Positions 8,779 through 20,730 of a stretch of 64,000 bases of DNA are shown here, one piece after another. The notes beneath the pieces are model-generated. The model saw only the letters and a program-made list of their open reading frames with translations, searched no databases and was not told the origin of the DNA. The stretch spans positions 37,993-101,992 of the forward strand of contig CAWCKE010000001.1 in the NCBI GenBank assembly GCA_963796115.1. Reading direction: 5' to 3'. The stretch comes from an uncultured Acidimicrobiia bacterium. Its GTDB lineage: Bacteria; Actinomycetota; Acidimicrobiia; Spongiisociales; UBA11373. Numbering within the stretch: position 1 is the first letter of the stretch; every line of letters starts with the position of its first letter. The position numbers and the translations under genes were made by a program.

Positions 8779-9082
8779 TCAGGCACCGACGGGGATCTGC
8801 AGCACCTGGCCCGGGGACGATGACGGCGCTCCTCGAGGCCGTTGGCCCGGCGGATGTCGTACACCGTGTGGCGCACATCGCCCCCGGCCGGGGTGTAGAC
8901 GGCGGCGATGTCCCAGAGGGTGTCCCCGGTGACGACCAGGTGCTCCACCCAACCCGCCCGGTCGTCACCGGGGACGCCGTCGCTCGGCGGACGACGGCGT
9001 TGGCGAGCAGGAGGACCACCCCAAGGGCGACCGTGGTGAGGAGAACCGCCGCCCGGATCGGGCTCTTGACGGAGATCGTCAT
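8779..9082 (-). CDS. Small membrane-anchored LysM-domain protein (Rv2719c-like position); about 3 frame breaks
   Basis: AGGAGG precedes the ATG at 9082. The N-terminus MTISVKSPIRAAVLLTTVALGVVLLLANAVV is a TM helix. The adjacent frame gives HLVVTGDTLWDIAAVYTPAGGDVRHTVYDIRRANGLE (LysM). The ending SAVIVPG / QVLQIPVGA* needs two further slips. The gene lies between nrdR and a divergent lexA, as in mycobacteria. Confidence 0.65.
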
Positions 9083-9169
9083 GGGATGGGCCTCCTGGCT
9101 CGCTTCTCGCCGGGCCGGCACCCGGAGGGGCCGGCCCACACCCGCAGAACCTACGATGCGGGTGTGACA

Positions 9170-9183
9170 CGAACGTGCGTTCG
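9170..9183. promoter_or_regulatory. LexA (SOS) box 1 in the LysM-lexA divergent region
   Basis: CGAACGTGCGTTCG is a perfect GAAC-N4-GTTC palindrome, the Gram-positive/actinobacterial SOS box core. Confidence 0.75.
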
Positions 9184-9200
9184 CCATCGCCCGCATCGTA

Positions 9201-9215
9201 TCGAACATCTGTTCG
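9201..9215. promoter_or_regulatory. LexA (SOS) box 2
   Basis: TCGAACATCTGTTCG matches the TCGAAC-N4-GTTCGA consensus. Confidence 0.8.
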
Positions 9216-9225
9216 CTCGTCAAGG

Positions 9226-9239
9226 CGAACATATGTTTG
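9226..9239. promoter_or_regulatory. LexA (SOS) box 3 (imperfect)
   Basis: CGAACATATGTTTG has one mismatch in the right half-site. It lies 60 nt upstream of the lexA ATG. Confidence 0.55.
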
Positions 9240-9298
9240 CCTTCGAGGCCGACGGCCGGGTAACGTGGCGATCCGGAGGCACACCGGGGAGGCACCCA

Positions 9299-9933
9299 AT
9301 GGCCCGCCAGCGAGATCAGCGCCCGCCAGCGCGAGATCCTCGAGCTGATCCTGCGCACCGTGCAGGAGCGGGGCTACCCGCCCTCGGTGCGCGAGATCGG
9401 CGAGGCCGTCGGCCTCAACTCCCCCTCCACCGTCCACAGCCACCTGTCGGCCCTGGTCAAGGGCGGCTACCTGCGCCGCGACCCCTCCAAGCCCCGGGCC
9501 ATCGAGGTCACCGCCCCCGGGCGGGCCCAGCCCGACCTGCGCCGCGCCCCGGTGCGCGACGTCCCCCTGCTCGGCCGCATCGCCGCCGGCTCCCCCATCC
9601 TGGCCGAGGAGGACATCGAGGACATCCTCCCCCTGCCCACCCAGATCGTCGGCAACGACCCGGTGTTCATGCTGCGGGTGCGCGGCGACTCCATGATCGG
9701 GGCCGGCATCTTCGACGGCGACCTGGTGGTGGTGCGCCGCCAGGCCGACGCCGACGACGGCGACATCGTGGCCGCCCTCATCGACGGCGAGGAGGCCACC
9801 GTCAAGCGCCTGCGCCGCTCGCGCCGGCCGGGTCACCCTGCTGCCGGAGAACCCCGACTACGAGCCGATGGTGTTCACCGACGGGGTCCAGGTGCTGGGC
9901 CGGGTGGTGGCGGTGCTGCGCCGCCTGCGCTGA
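9299..9933 (+). CDS. lexA: LexA repressor; two frame breaks (about 9308 and 9825-9838)
   Basis: GGAGG precedes the ATG at 9299 (MAR). After a slip the sequence reads [67 protein letters not shown]...[15 protein letters not shown]...[49 protein letters not shown]. The C-terminus [34 protein letters not shown] is in another frame. Confidence 0.9.
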
Positions 9934-9943
9934 GCGGACGCGC

Positions 9944-10691
<748 letters not shown>

Positions 10692-10704
<13 letters not shown>

Positions 10705-11636
10705 CCCGCCTCCTCGAAGGCGGCCCGGGCGGCCGCCGCCCGCCGCGCCGGGTCATCATGCCACTCCTGCCACCGGATGCGGGGATCGCGCCGGAAGAAG
10801 GTGCGCTGCCGGCCGGCCAGGGCCCAGGTGGCCGACACCGCCCGGGCCCGGCCCTCCTCCAGGCGAGGCCTCGCCCCGCACCACCGGCAGCAGCTCCTTG
10901 TAGCCGACCGCCTGGGCGGCGGTGCGGCCCGAGGCGGGGCGCCAGGCGCCGCACCTCCTCGAGCAGGCCGGCGGCCAGCATGGCGTCGAGGCGGGCCTCC
11001 ACCCGCGCCCGCAGGCGCTCCCCGGGGTCGAAGCCCACCGCCACCACGGGCAGCAGCGGCCGGTAGGCCCGCACCGCGGCCGCCGGCTCTCCCTGCCGCA
11101 CCGGGCCGATGGGAGTCAGGCCGGTGAGGCGGTAGCACCTCCAGCGCCCGGGCGACCCGGCGGGGGTTGGCCAGGTCCACGCGCTCGCCCGCCCCGGGGT
11201 CGGCGGCCAGCAGGGCGGCCACCGCCTCCGCCGGGGCCAGGGCCTCCACCTCCCGGCGCACCGCCGGGTCGTGCGGCGGGAACTCCAGGGGATCGACCAG
11301 GGCCCGGAAGTGCAGGCCGGAGCCGCCGACGATCAGGGCCGGCACCCCGCGCCGCGCGAGGTCGGCCAGCACCCGCCCGGCCCGCCCGCTGGAACTCGGC
11401 CACCGAGAAGGCGCTCGCCGGGTCGGCCAGGTCGATCAGGTGATGGCGGCACCCGGGCCTGCTGCTCCGGCGTGGGCTTGGCCGTGCCGATGTCCATGCC
11501 CCGGTACACCTGCATGGAGTCGACCGACACGATCTCCGCCCCCGCCGCCTCGGCCAGCGCCAGCGCCACCTCGCTCTTGCCCGAGGCGGTGGGCCCCAGC
11601 AGGGCGGCGACGGGCCTCAGGGGCCAGCCTCCCCAT
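10692..11636 (-). CDS. miaA: tRNA dimethylallyltransferase; multiple frame breaks
   Basis: Fragments are [52 protein letters not shown]; [12 protein letters not shown]; [32 protein letters not shown]; [17 protein letters not shown]...*. The start at ATG 11636 is provisional and overlaps the miaB 3' end by 20 nt. Confidence 0.8.
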
Positions 11637-13013
11637 CAGGTGGCTGGGGGCGGCCCGCTCGATCCGACCACGTCGAGGAAGGTGCCCCGGCGGGAAGTCG
11701 CCGGGGAGGTGCACCACCTTGTTGGTGCGGGTGCGGGTGGTGGCCACCTGCCGGGTCCTTGCGGCTCGGCCCCTCGGTCAGCACCTCGACCTCCCGGCCC
11801 ACCAGCTCCTGGTTCGGCGCCAGGGACATGCGCTGCTGCAGGTCGGCCAGGCGGGCGAAGCGCTCGGCCGCCACCGCCGGGTCCACCTGCCCGTCCATGG
11901 CCGCCGCCGGGGTGCCGGGGCGGGGCGAGTACACGAACATGAAGGCGCCGTCGAAGCGCGGCCTCCTCCATGACCTCCAGCGTGGCCCGGAAGTCGGCCT
12001 CGGTCTCCCCGGGGAAGCCGACGATGACGTCGGTGGTGACGGCCAGGCCGGGCACGGCGGCCCGCATCATCGCCAGGCGGTCGAGGAAGCGCTGCGGGGT
12101 GTAGCCCCGCTGCATGGCCCGCAGGAGCCGGGCGCTGCCCGATCTGCAGCGGCAGGTGCAGGTGCTCGCAGACCGCCGGGGTCTCGGCCATGGCCCGGGC
12201 CACGTCCTCCCGCATGTCCTTGGGGTGGGGGCTGGTGAAGCGCACCCGGCGGATGCCGGGCACCTCGCCCACCCGGCGCAGCAGGTCGGCGAACACCGGG
12301 CGGTGCCGGCCGTCCACCCCCAGGTCGCGCCCGTAGGAGTTGACGTTCTGGCCGAGCAGGGTCACCTCGACCACCCCGTCGGCGGCCAGGCGCCGCACCT
12401 CCTCGATGATCTCCCCGGGGCGGCGGCTCACCTCCGGGCCGCGCACGATGGGGACGATGCAGAAGGTGCAGGCGTTGTTGCAGCCCACGGTGATGGTCAC
12501 CCAGGCGGAGTGGGCCAGCTCGCGCCGGGCGGGCAGGTCGGAGAGGGAAGCCGTCCGCCGTCGGCGGGGCTCTCCTGGATCTCGGTGACCGGCCCCCACT
12601 CCTCGGCCTGGTCGAGCAGGTCGAGCACCCGGTGCAGGTTGTGGGTGCCGAACACCACGTCCACCCAGGGGGCCCGCTCCCGCACCAGGTCGCGGTCCTT
12701 CTGCGCCAGGCAGCCGCCCACCACGATGCGCAGGCCCGGGCCGCCGCTTCTTGGCCGCCTTCAGGTGGCCGAGGGTGCCGTAGAGGCGGTCGTCGGCGTT
12801 CTCCCGGATGCAGCAGGTGTTGAGGAACACCACGTCGGCCTCGTCGAGGCTCGCCGCCGCCGACCATGCCGTCGGCCGCGAACAGGCCGGCCACCCGCTC
12901 GCTGTCGTGCTCGTTCATCTGGCACCCGAAGGTGCGCACCAGGTAGCGGCGGCCCAGCCCGGGCGGGCACCCGGCCCGCGCGCCCGGACGGGCGGGGCCA
13001 CGCGGAGGCTCAT
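11617..13013 (-). CDS. miaB: tRNA-2-methylthio-N6-dimethylallyladenosine synthase; multiple frame breaks
   Basis: The ATG at 13013 overlaps the rny stop (ATGA). Fragments are [28 protein letters not shown]; [25 protein letters not shown]; [61 protein letters not shown]...[11 protein letters not shown]...CEHLHLPLQ (radical-SAM CxxxCxxC); and a TRAM-like C-terminus. Confidence 0.85.
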
Positions 13014-14543
13014 CGGGCGTAGTCGATGGCGCGCAGCTCGCGGATGACGGTCACCTGGATCTGGCCGGGGTACTGCAGGTCCTCCTCCAGGCGGCGCGAG
13101 ATGCGCCGCGCCAGGTCGCCGGCGCCCAGGTCGTCGATCTCCCCGGGGTCGACCACCACCCGGACCTCGCGCCCGGCCTGCATGGCGAAGACCCGCTCCA
13201 CGCCCTTGAAGGCCCCGGCGATCTCCTCGATGCGCTCCAGGCGGTGCACGTAGGACTCCACCGCCTCCCGCCGCGCCCCGGGCCGGGCGGCCGACACCCC
13301 GTCGGCGGCCTGCACGATGACCGCGGTCAGGGTGCGCGGCTCGACCTCGTTGTGATGCGCCTCGATGGCGTGCACCACCGCCGGGTCCTCGCCGAAGCGG
13401 CGGGCGATCTCGGCGCCGACCATGGCGTGCGACCCGGCCAGCTCGTGGCTGACCGCCTTGCCGATGTCGTGCAGGAAGGCGGCCCGCCGGGCCTGGGCCG
13501 GGTCGACCCCGACCTCGGCGGCCAGCATGCCGGCCACCTTGGCCGTCTCCACCAGGTGGTTGAGCACGTTCTGCCCGTAGGAGAGCCGGTACTTGAGGCG
13601 CCCGAGCAGGTTGACCAGTTCGGGGTGCATGCGGGTGATGCCCACCTCGAGCATCGCCCACTCCCCGGCGTCGCGCACGCTCTGCTCCACCTCGGCCAGC
13701 GCCTTCTCGTAGGCGTCCTCGATGGAGGCCGGGTGGATGCGCCCGTCGGCGATGAGCCGCTCCAGCGCCAGGCGGGCCACCTCGCGCCGCACCGGGTCGA
13801 AGGCCGACAGGGCCACCGCCTCGGGGGTGTCGTCGACGATGATGTTGACCCCGGTGACCGCCTCGAAGGCCCGGATGTTGCGGCCGTCACGGCCGATGAT
13901 GCGGCCCTTCATGTCGTCGGAGGGCAGGGGCACCACCGACACCGTGGTCTCGGTGACCACCTCGGAGGCCAGGCGCTGGATGGAGGAGGTCAGGATGCGC
14001 CGGGCCCGCCGGTCGGCCTCCTCGCGGGCCTTCACCTCGAGGTCGCGCAGCAGCACCATGGCGTCGCGCCGGCCCTCGTCCTCGACCCGGCGCAGCAGCT
14101 GCTCCTTGGCCGCCTTGGCGTCGAAGCCGGCCACCTGCTCCAGTTCGAGGCGGGCCTGCTCGCGCAGCCGCTCGGCCTCGAGGCGGGCGTCGCCGGCTTC
14201 CCGCTCGCGCTGCAGCAGCAGGGTCTCCCGCTGCGCCAGGTTGGCCGCCCGCTGCTCGAGGGTGGCCTCCCGCTGCTCGAGGCGCTGCTCGTGGACCCCG
14301 ATCTCCAGGCGGCGATGCTCGAGGGCGGCCTCCTCGCGCTCCCGGTAGGCCTGGGCCTTGGCCCGGCCCTCCTCGTCGGCCCGGCTCAGCGTGTCGTGGG
14401 CGCGCCGGCGGGCCTCGGCCACCAGCTCCTCGGCGGTGATCGCCGCCCGCCCCTGCCGCCGCCGCTGGAGGGCCCGGCCGGCCAGCAGGCCCGACCACCA
14501 GGGCCACTACGGCGGCCCCCGCTACCACCGCTGCGGTCATCAT
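13010..14543 (-). CDS. rny: Ribonuclease Y; one frame break near 14490
   Basis: GAGGAGGG precedes the ATG at 14543. The TM N-terminus is [18 protein letters not shown]. After a slip at a G3/C3 run comes a coiled coil, then a KH domain ([28 protein letters not shown]), then an HD domain ([21 protein letters not shown]...[11 protein letters not shown]...[28 protein letters not shown]). Confidence 0.9.
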
Positions 14544-14787
14544 GTTCCCTCCTCAGGGGCCCGGAAGAACACAAGCGTCGAACCCGCAGGTTCGACGCAC
14601 ACACAACCACGCTGGCCGCGCTCGACTCGCCTAGTCGAAAGCCTCCTCGGGTCTCCGGGCCCGGTCATGCTCGATCACAGTTCGGTTCCGTACTGGGCTC
14701 GGCCCAGTCGTGTGCGCGTTGTTGACGCCATGGTACCCCCTCGCCGACCCCAACGCGGAGGAAGCCCGCGCCGCCGGCCCGGCGCGC

Positions 14788-15858
14788 TCAGTCGGCCCGG
14801 CGTCTCGTCGACCTCGCCCTCGACCGGCGCCGGCCGCCGACCGAGACACCCGCCGCTTGGGAGCCCCTTCGGTGGCCGCCAGGCCCACCGCCGCCAGCAC
14901 CCGGGCCTGCAGCTGCACCGCCACCTCGGGGTTCTCCCGCAGGAAGCGCTTGGCGTTCTCCCGGCCCTGGCCCAGCTGGTCGCCGTCGTAGGTGTACCAG
15001 GCGCCGCTCTTGCGGACCACGTCGTAGTCGACGGCCACGTCGAGCAGGCTGCCCTCGCGGGAGATGCCGCCGCCGAACATGACGTCGAACTCGGCCTGGC
15101 GGAAGGGCGGGGCCACCTTGTTCTTGACCACCTTGACCCGCACCCGGTTGCCGATGACCTCGTTGCCTTCCTTGATGGACTCGATGCGGCGGATGTCGAG
15201 GCGGACGCTGGCGTAGAACTTGAGGGCCCGGCCGCCCGGCGTGGTCTCGGGGTTGCCGAACATGACGCCGATCTTCTCGCGCATCTGGTTGATGAAGATG
15301 GCGGTGGTGTTGGAGCGGCTGATGGTGCCGGCCAGCTTGCGCAGCGCCTGGGACATGAGCCGGGCCTGCAGGCCCACGTGGGCGTCGCCCATCTCGCCTT
15401 CGATCTCGGCCCGCGGCACCAGGGCGGCCACCGAGTCGATGACCACCACGTCGAGCGACCCGGAGCGGATGAGCATGTCGGTGATCTCGAGCGCCTGCTC
15501 GCCGGTGTCGGGCTGGGAGATGAGCAGCTCGTCGATGTCCACGCCCAGGGCCCGGGCGTACACCGGGTCGAGGGCGTGCTCGGCGTCGATGAAGGCCGCG
15601 ATGCCCCCGTTGCGCTGCGCCTCGGCGATGATGTGCAGGGCCAGGGTGGTCTTGCCGCTGCTCTCCGGGCCCGAAGATCTCCACGACGCGGCCCCGGGGC
15701 ACGCCGCCGATGCCCAGGGCCAGGTCGAGCGCCAGGGCCCCGGTGGAGATGGCGGCGACCGGCTGGATCTGGTCGGACCCGAGCTTCATGATGGCGCCCT
15801 TGCCGAACTGCCGCTCGATCTGGGTGATGGCCATGTCGAGGGACTTGTCCCGTTCCAC
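14788..15858 (-). CDS. recA: Recombinase RecA; frame break at about 15665 and unresolved C-terminus
   Basis: AAAGGAG lies 5 nt before the GTG at 15858. The sequence reads [27 protein letters not shown]...[14 protein letters not shown]. An extra G then displaces the Walker A ([20 protein letters not shown]) into the next frame. That frame continues [40 protein letters not shown]...[35 protein letters not shown]. The span 14788-15858 is exactly 357 codons if a second compensating indel returns to the first frame. The alternative stop is at 14631. Confidence 0.9.
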   Translation of the reverse strand: MERDKSLDMAITQIERQFGKGAIMKLGSDQIQPVAAISTGALALDLALGIGGVPRGRVVEIFGPGEQRQDHPGPAHHRRGAAQRGHRGLHRRRARPRPGVRPGPGRGHRRAAHLPARHRRAGARDHRHAHPLRVARRGGHRLGGRPGAAGRDRRRDGRRPRGPAGPAHVPGAAQAGRHHQPLQHHRHLHQPDAREDRRHVRQPRDHAGRPGPQVLRQRPPRHPPHRVHQGRQRGHRQPGAGQGGQEQGGPALPPGRVRRHVRRRHLPRGQPARRGRRLRRGPQERRLVHLRRRPAGPGPGERQALPAGEPRGGGAAAGPGAGGGGPGGHRRGSQAAGVSVGGRRRSRARSTRRRAD

Positions 15859-15937
15859 TGGCGCTCCTTTGCGATGGTTATGGCCCGACGGTACGGGCGG
15901 GGTGTGACACAACCGGGAGAACTACAACGCTGTGATC

Positions 15938-16728
15938 TTAGCCCTCTGCCGGCCTCCAGACTAGTCGAACACCTGTTCGCCCGCCACTACCCGGGGCCAG
16001 CCAGGCGGCCAGCGCGGCCGCCACCTCGGCCGGCCGCTCCCCCACCACCGCGTGCCCCGCCCCGGGCACCACCGCCACCGTCGGCCCGGGCGATGCGCGC
16101 CGCCCAGTCGCCGGGCCAGGGCGGCGTAGCGCGCGGTCGTCGCCCCCGGCCACCAGCAGCACCGGCATCGCGCAGTTCCCCGAGGCGGTCCCCCAGGTAG
16201 GGCTGTGCCCCCTGGCCCAGGCAGGCGCAGCGCCGCCGCCAGGCCGGCGGCCCGGTTCCCCAGGCCGGGCGGCCCGGTCCGCGGCCCGCCACTCCGCCGA
16301 TCGGCGCCGCCAGCCCGGCGAACAGCGGCCGGGCCAGCCACTCGTCGACGAAGGCGGCCACCCCCACCTCCTCGATGCGCTCGGCCAGCGCCCGGTCCTC
16401 GGCCCGCCGCCGCCGGCGCTCGCTCCGCGGTCGGCCAGGCCCGGGCGCGGCCGACACCACCACCAGGCGGTCCACCAGGCTGCGGGTGGTCCAGCGCCGC
16501 CGCCAGCGCCAGGCGGCCCGCCCATGGAGTAGCCCACCAGGCAGCGGGGCGGCGCCGCCCCGGCCAGCAGGCCGGCGATCCCCGCCACCGCCTCCTCCCA
16601 GGGGCAGGCAGGCCGGCCGCCGTGGCCCGGGCAGGTCGGGGGTCGAGCCACTCCCCGCCGGCCAGGGCCGCCACCTCGGCCCACATCGAGCCGCGCTGGG
16701 TGAACCCGTGCAGGGCCAGGTAGGTCAT
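15938..16728 (-). CDS. Alpha/beta hydrolase (MenH-like); several frame breaks
   Basis: The ATG at 16728 overlaps the thpR stop (ATGA). Fragments are [27 protein letters not shown]; CLVGYSMGGRLALAAALDHP (nucleophile elbow GxSxG); FVDEWLARPLFAGL; PVLLVAGGDD...VAVVPGAGHAVVGERPAEVAAALAAWLA. The 3' end is approximate (15938, 15961 or 15987 depending on frame). Confidence 0.6.
15965..15979. promoter_or_regulatory. LexA (SOS) box upstream of recA
   Basis: TCGAACACCTGTTCG lies about 107 nt upstream of the recA start on the minus strand. It matches the same consensus as the lexA boxes. Confidence 0.8.
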
Positions 16729-17275
16729 GTCAGCAGGGGGAAGGCCTCGACCTCCTCGTACCGCGGCCCGCCCGGCCCCAGGTGGCTGCGGTAGAGCACC
16801 ACCCGGTCCACCGCCATGGCCAGGCCCACCGGGGGCACGGCCTCGAGGACCGCGGTCACGTCCTGGTCGGGGCGGAGGCGGCTCAGGGTCAGGTGGCTGC
16901 GGAAGGGCCGGTCCTCGGGGGCGAACCCGGCCGCCTCCACCGCCTCCTCGACCACCGCCGCCAGGCGCTCCGCCTCCTCCTCCCCCCGCTCCACCCCCAG
17001 CCACAGCACGTTGGCCCGCCGCGGCCGGGGGAAGGCCCCCAGGCTCGCCCCAGCGCACGGTGAAGGCCGGCCCCCGGTCGGCGGCGTCCACCTCCCGGAC
17101 GACCCGGTCGGCGCCCACCTCGTCCACCTCGCCCAGGAAGCGCAGGGTCAGGTGCCACAATCTCCGGGCCGCACCGGCCGCCCCGGCAGCGGATGGGCCA
17201 GGTGGCCCTTGCAGGTGATGGACGATGGCGTGGCGGGCCTCCTCGGTGAGGGGGATCGGCCAGGAAGAGGCGCAT
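16725..17275 (-). CDS. thpR: RNA 2',3'-cyclic phosphodiesterase (2H family, ThpR/LigT); frame breaks near 17258 and about 17010
   Basis: MRLFLA is followed, after a slip, by [15 protein letters not shown]...[12 protein letters not shown] (first HxTx motif). A later fragment reads [12 protein letters not shown] (second HxTx motif) ...[28 protein letters not shown]. Confidence 0.75.
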
Positions 17276-18525
17276 CACCACCCCTCCCCCGTCAGGGCCC
17301 GGCGCACCGCCTGCAGGGCGGCGGTGGAGGTGAGGGTGCGGGCCCGCTCCCGGTCGGCGGGCATGTGGAGGGTGCGGGCCCACGACCCCTCCGGGGTGCG
17401 CACCGCCACCACCATGGTGCCCACCGGCGCCCCGCCCGGGCTCGGGCCCGGCCGACCCGGTCACCGCCACCACCACGTCGGCCCCCAGCCGGGCGGCGCC
17501 GCCCTCGGCCATGGCCAGGGCGACCTCCTCGCTGACCACGCCCTCCTCCTCCATCACCTCGGGCGGCACCCCGAGCAGGGCGGTCTTGAGGGCCGGGGTG
17601 TAGGCCACCACCGAGCCCACGAAGACCTCCGACGCGCCCGGCACCGAGGTCAGCCGCTCCGCCACCATGCCCGCCGGTGGCCGACTCGGCGGTGCCCAGC
17701 GTCCAGCCCCGCTCCCGGCAGAGGCGCAGCACGATGCGCTCGATGGTCTCCTCGCCCACGGCGAACACCCAGCGGCCCAGGCGGCGGCGCACCTCGGCCT
17801 CCAGCGGGTCGAGCAGGGCGGCCGCCTCCTCGGCCGGTGGCCGCCCGGGCGGTGAGCCGCACCTTGATCTCCCCGGCGCTGGCCAGGAAGGCCACGGTGG
17901 GGTTGGTGGACGACTCGTAGAGGTCGGCCGAGGCGCTCGGCGATGCCCGACTCCGACTCCCCCCAGCAGCGGATGAGCCGGCTGGCCAGCACCCCGCCGC
18001 CGCCCGCCTCGGCCACCAGGAAGGGGATGACCTGCTCCTCGAGCATGGGCAGCATCTCCTGGGGCACCCCGGGCAGGGCGAAGACCCAGGCGCCGCCCAC
18101 CTTCAGGCGCAGGCCGGGGGCCGTGCCCCGGGCGTTGGGCAGGAGCACCGCCCCCTGCGGGTACTCGGCCTGGCGCAGGTTGCGAGGCCGGCATCTCCCG
18201 GCCCCGCCGCCGGGCCCACAGCTCGCGCAGGTGGGCGGCGAACTCCTCGCTGTAGGCCATCTCCACCCCGGCGGCGGCGCAGATCGCCTCCCGGGTGAGG
18301 TCGTCCTGGGTGGGGCCCAGGCCGCCGGTGACGATGACCGCGTCGGCCCGGCCCACCGCCTGCGGTGATGGCCGCGGCGACCCGCCCCAGGTTGTCGCCC
18401 ACCACCACCTGGTGGTAGTGGTCGAGGCCGGCCTCGGCCAGGCGGCGCCCGATCTCGGCGGCGTTGCCGTTGACGATCTGGCCCAGGAGCAACTCGGTCC
18501 CGACGGCCAACACCTCGACCTTCAT
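17275..18525 (-). CDS. cinA: CinA-family competence/damage-inducible protein (MoCF domain plus PncC nicotinamide-nucleotide amidase domain); multiple frame breaks
   Basis: Fragments are [53 protein letters not shown]; [36 protein letters not shown]; [75 protein letters not shown]. The stop overlaps the thpR start. Confidence 0.8.
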
Positions 18526-19840
18526 GCCAGCACCTCCGCCACCGTGTCGCTCCCGTACGACCCCGGTCACCCGGGCCCGCAGCCAGTCGCCCGGCCCGGC
18601 CCCGGTCGAGCAGGATCATCCCGTCGATCTCCGGCGCCTCCCGGTGCGAGCGGCCCACCGGGGTGCCGTCCTCCACCAGGTCCACCAGCACCTCGGCCAC
18701 CCGGCCCACCTGGGCGGCGTTGCGCTCGGCGGTGATCGCTCCTGGACGGCCTCCAGCCGGCGCACCCGCTCCGCCGCCTCCGCCGCCGGCACCTGCCCGG
18801 GCAGGCCGGCCGCCGGGGTGCCCTCCTCCGGGGAGAAGGGGAAGAAGCCGGCCCAGTCGAGGCGGGCCGCCTCCAGGAACGCCGCCAGGCCGGCCACGTC
18901 GTCGTCGGTCTCGCCCGGGGAAGCCGACGATGAAGCTGGAGCGCAGGGCGGCCTCGGGGGCGGCGGGCGGATCCGCTCGACCAGGGCCAGGTGGCTCTCC
19001 GCCGTCGCCGGGGCGGCGCATCGCCCGCAGCAGGCGGCCCGAGGAGTGCTGCAGGCTCAGGTCGAAGTAGGGGGCCACCACCGGGTTGGCCGCCATCTCC
19101 GCGATCAGCGCCGTCGCTCACCTCCCGGGGGTGCAGGTAGAGCAGGCGCAGGCGGCGCAGGCCCTCGACGTCTCCGAGAGAAGGCGCAGCAGGTCGGCCA
19201 GGCCCCCCGGGGTGCCCAGGTCCTGCCCGTAGCCGGTGAGGTCCTGGGCGACCAGCACCAGCTCGCCCACCCCGGCGGCGGCCAGGGCGGCGGCCTCGGC
19301 CCGCACCTCGGCGGGGCGGCGGGAGCGCTGCGCGGCCCCGGAACTGGGGGATGGCGCAGAAGGTGCAGGGCTTGTCGCAGCCCTCGGCCACCTTCAGGTA
19401 GGCATAGGGGGTGGCCGGGGTGGGCCGGCGCACCTCGTCGAGGATGTCCCGCGGCTCCGCCGCGGGGCCCGGTCGGCTCCCACCCGGTGAGGGCGGCGAG
19501 GCGGTCCGACCAGGTCGCCGTAGCGCTCGATGGGGACCACCGCGTCGGCCTCGGGGAGGGCGGCGGCCAGTTCCCCCTGGTAGCGCTGCGCCAGGCAGCC
19601 CAGCACCACCAGGCGGGCCCCCGGCGCCCGGCCGCCGGCCGCCTCGAGGATGGCATCGATCGACTCGCGCCGGGCCGCCTCGACGAAGGCGCAGGTGTTG
19701 ACCATGACCACCTCGGCCTCTTCGGCGGCGGCGGCCGCGGCGAAGCCGGCGGCGGCGAGGCGGCCGAGCAGCTTCTCGGAGTCGACCTGGTTCTTGGCGC
19801 AGCCGAGCGTGGCCAGCCAGAGGCGGGGGGCGGAGGGCAC
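18522..19840 (-). CDS. rimO: Ribosomal protein S12 methylthiotransferase RimO; multiple frame breaks
   Basis: Fragments are [28 protein letters not shown]...[23 protein letters not shown]...[11 protein letters not shown]; [25 protein letters not shown] (radical-SAM); and a TRAM end [34 protein letters not shown]...[15 protein letters not shown], whose TGA overlaps the cinA ATG. The start (GTG 19840) is tentative. Confidence 0.8.
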
Positions 19841-19921
19841 GGCGGCGAGTTTAGGAAGGGGCCGTCGGCAGCCGGGGCGCCTGGCGCCGACGGCGCCGCG
19901 GTCGCGCGCCATCATCGCCCC

Positions 19922-20677
19922 ATGGACCTCAGCCGCGACCTGCGCCTCGCCCTCGAGATGGCCGACGCCGCCGACGCCGTCACCGTCCCCCGCTTCCGCT
20001 CCGCCGACCTGGTGGTGGAGACCAAGCCCGACGCGACCCCGGTGTCGGCGGCCGACCGGGCCGTCGAGCAGGCGCTGCGACGCCTGCTCGCCCGCGACCG
20101 TCCCGGCGACGGGGTGCTCGGCGAGGAGTTCGGCGGCGGCCCCGCCGGGGAGCGCCGCTGGATCCTCGACCCCATCGACGGCACCGCCAACTACGTGCGG
20201 GGCATCCCGGTGTGGGCCACCCTCATCGCCCTGGAGCAGGCCGGCGAGGTCGTCGTCGGGGTGGTCTCGGCCCCGCTGCTGGGCCGGCGCTGGTGGGCGG
20301 CCCGGGGGGCGGGCGCCTGGGGCAACGGCGAGCCGCTCCGGGTCTCCGCCGTGGCCCGCCTGGCCGACGCCCAGCTGTCCTACAGCGCCCAGGTCACCTT
20401 CGAGGAGTGCGGCTACGGGCCCCAGGGCCAGGCGCTGAGCCGCCGCTGCCGGCGCACCCGCGGCTTCGGCGACTTCTGGTTGTACATGCTGGTGGCCGAG
20501 GGCGCGGTGGACCTGGCGGTGGACCCCATCGCCTCGCTGTGGGACCTGGCCGCCCCCCAGGTGATCGTCGAGGAGGCGGGAGGCCGGTTCACCGACTTCG
20601 CCGGCGCCGCCCGCGCCGACGGGGGCAACGCGGTGGCGCGCAACGGCCTGGTCCACGACGAGGCCTGGCCGTGCTGA
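19922..20677 (+). CDS. hisN: Inositol-monophosphatase-family protein, probably histidinol-phosphatase HisN
   Basis: The 252-codon frame is intact. It reads MDLSRDLRLALEMADAAD...GVLGEEFG...WILDPIDGTANYVRGIPVWATLIALEQAGEVVVGVVSAPLLGRRWWAARGAGAW...WDLAAPQVIVEEAGG. The DPIDGT motif and the RRWWA..GAGAW signature recall actinobacterial HisN. Confidence 0.7.
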   Translation: MDLSRDLRLALEMADAADAVTVPRFRSADLVVETKPDATPVSAADRAVEQALRRLLARDRPGDGVLGEEFGGGPAGERRWILDPIDGTANYVRGIPVWATLIALEQAGEVVVGVVSAPLLGRRWWAARGAGAWGNGEPLRVSAVARLADAQLSYSAQVTFEECGYGPQGQALSRRCRRTRGFGDFWLYMLVAEGAVDLAVDPIASLWDLAAPQVIVEEAGGRFTDFAGAARADGGNAVARNGLVHDEAWPC

Positions 20678-20730
20678 CCGACCCCCACCCGCGCGGTGCC
20701 GCCGCGCCGCGGGCCGGTGGTCCCTTAGCC

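Noticed and set aside
14543-14788. An expected recX gene between recA and rny.
   Set aside because: Only about 245 nt are available, and no RecX-like frame is visible. The extended recA ORF tail here (to 14631) is probably out-of-frame read-through caused by an indel.
16889-19096. A 735-aa minus-strand ORF that looks like a single large gene.
   Set aside because: It is a chimeric frame that picks up in-frame pieces of rimO, cinA and thpR between indels. The rest is out-of-frame read-through rich in R/P/G.
18464-20677. A 737-aa plus-strand ORF.
   Set aside because: Only the last 252 codons (from ATG 19922) are the IMPase/HisN gene. The upstream part is antisense to rimO/cinA and has no protein-like features.
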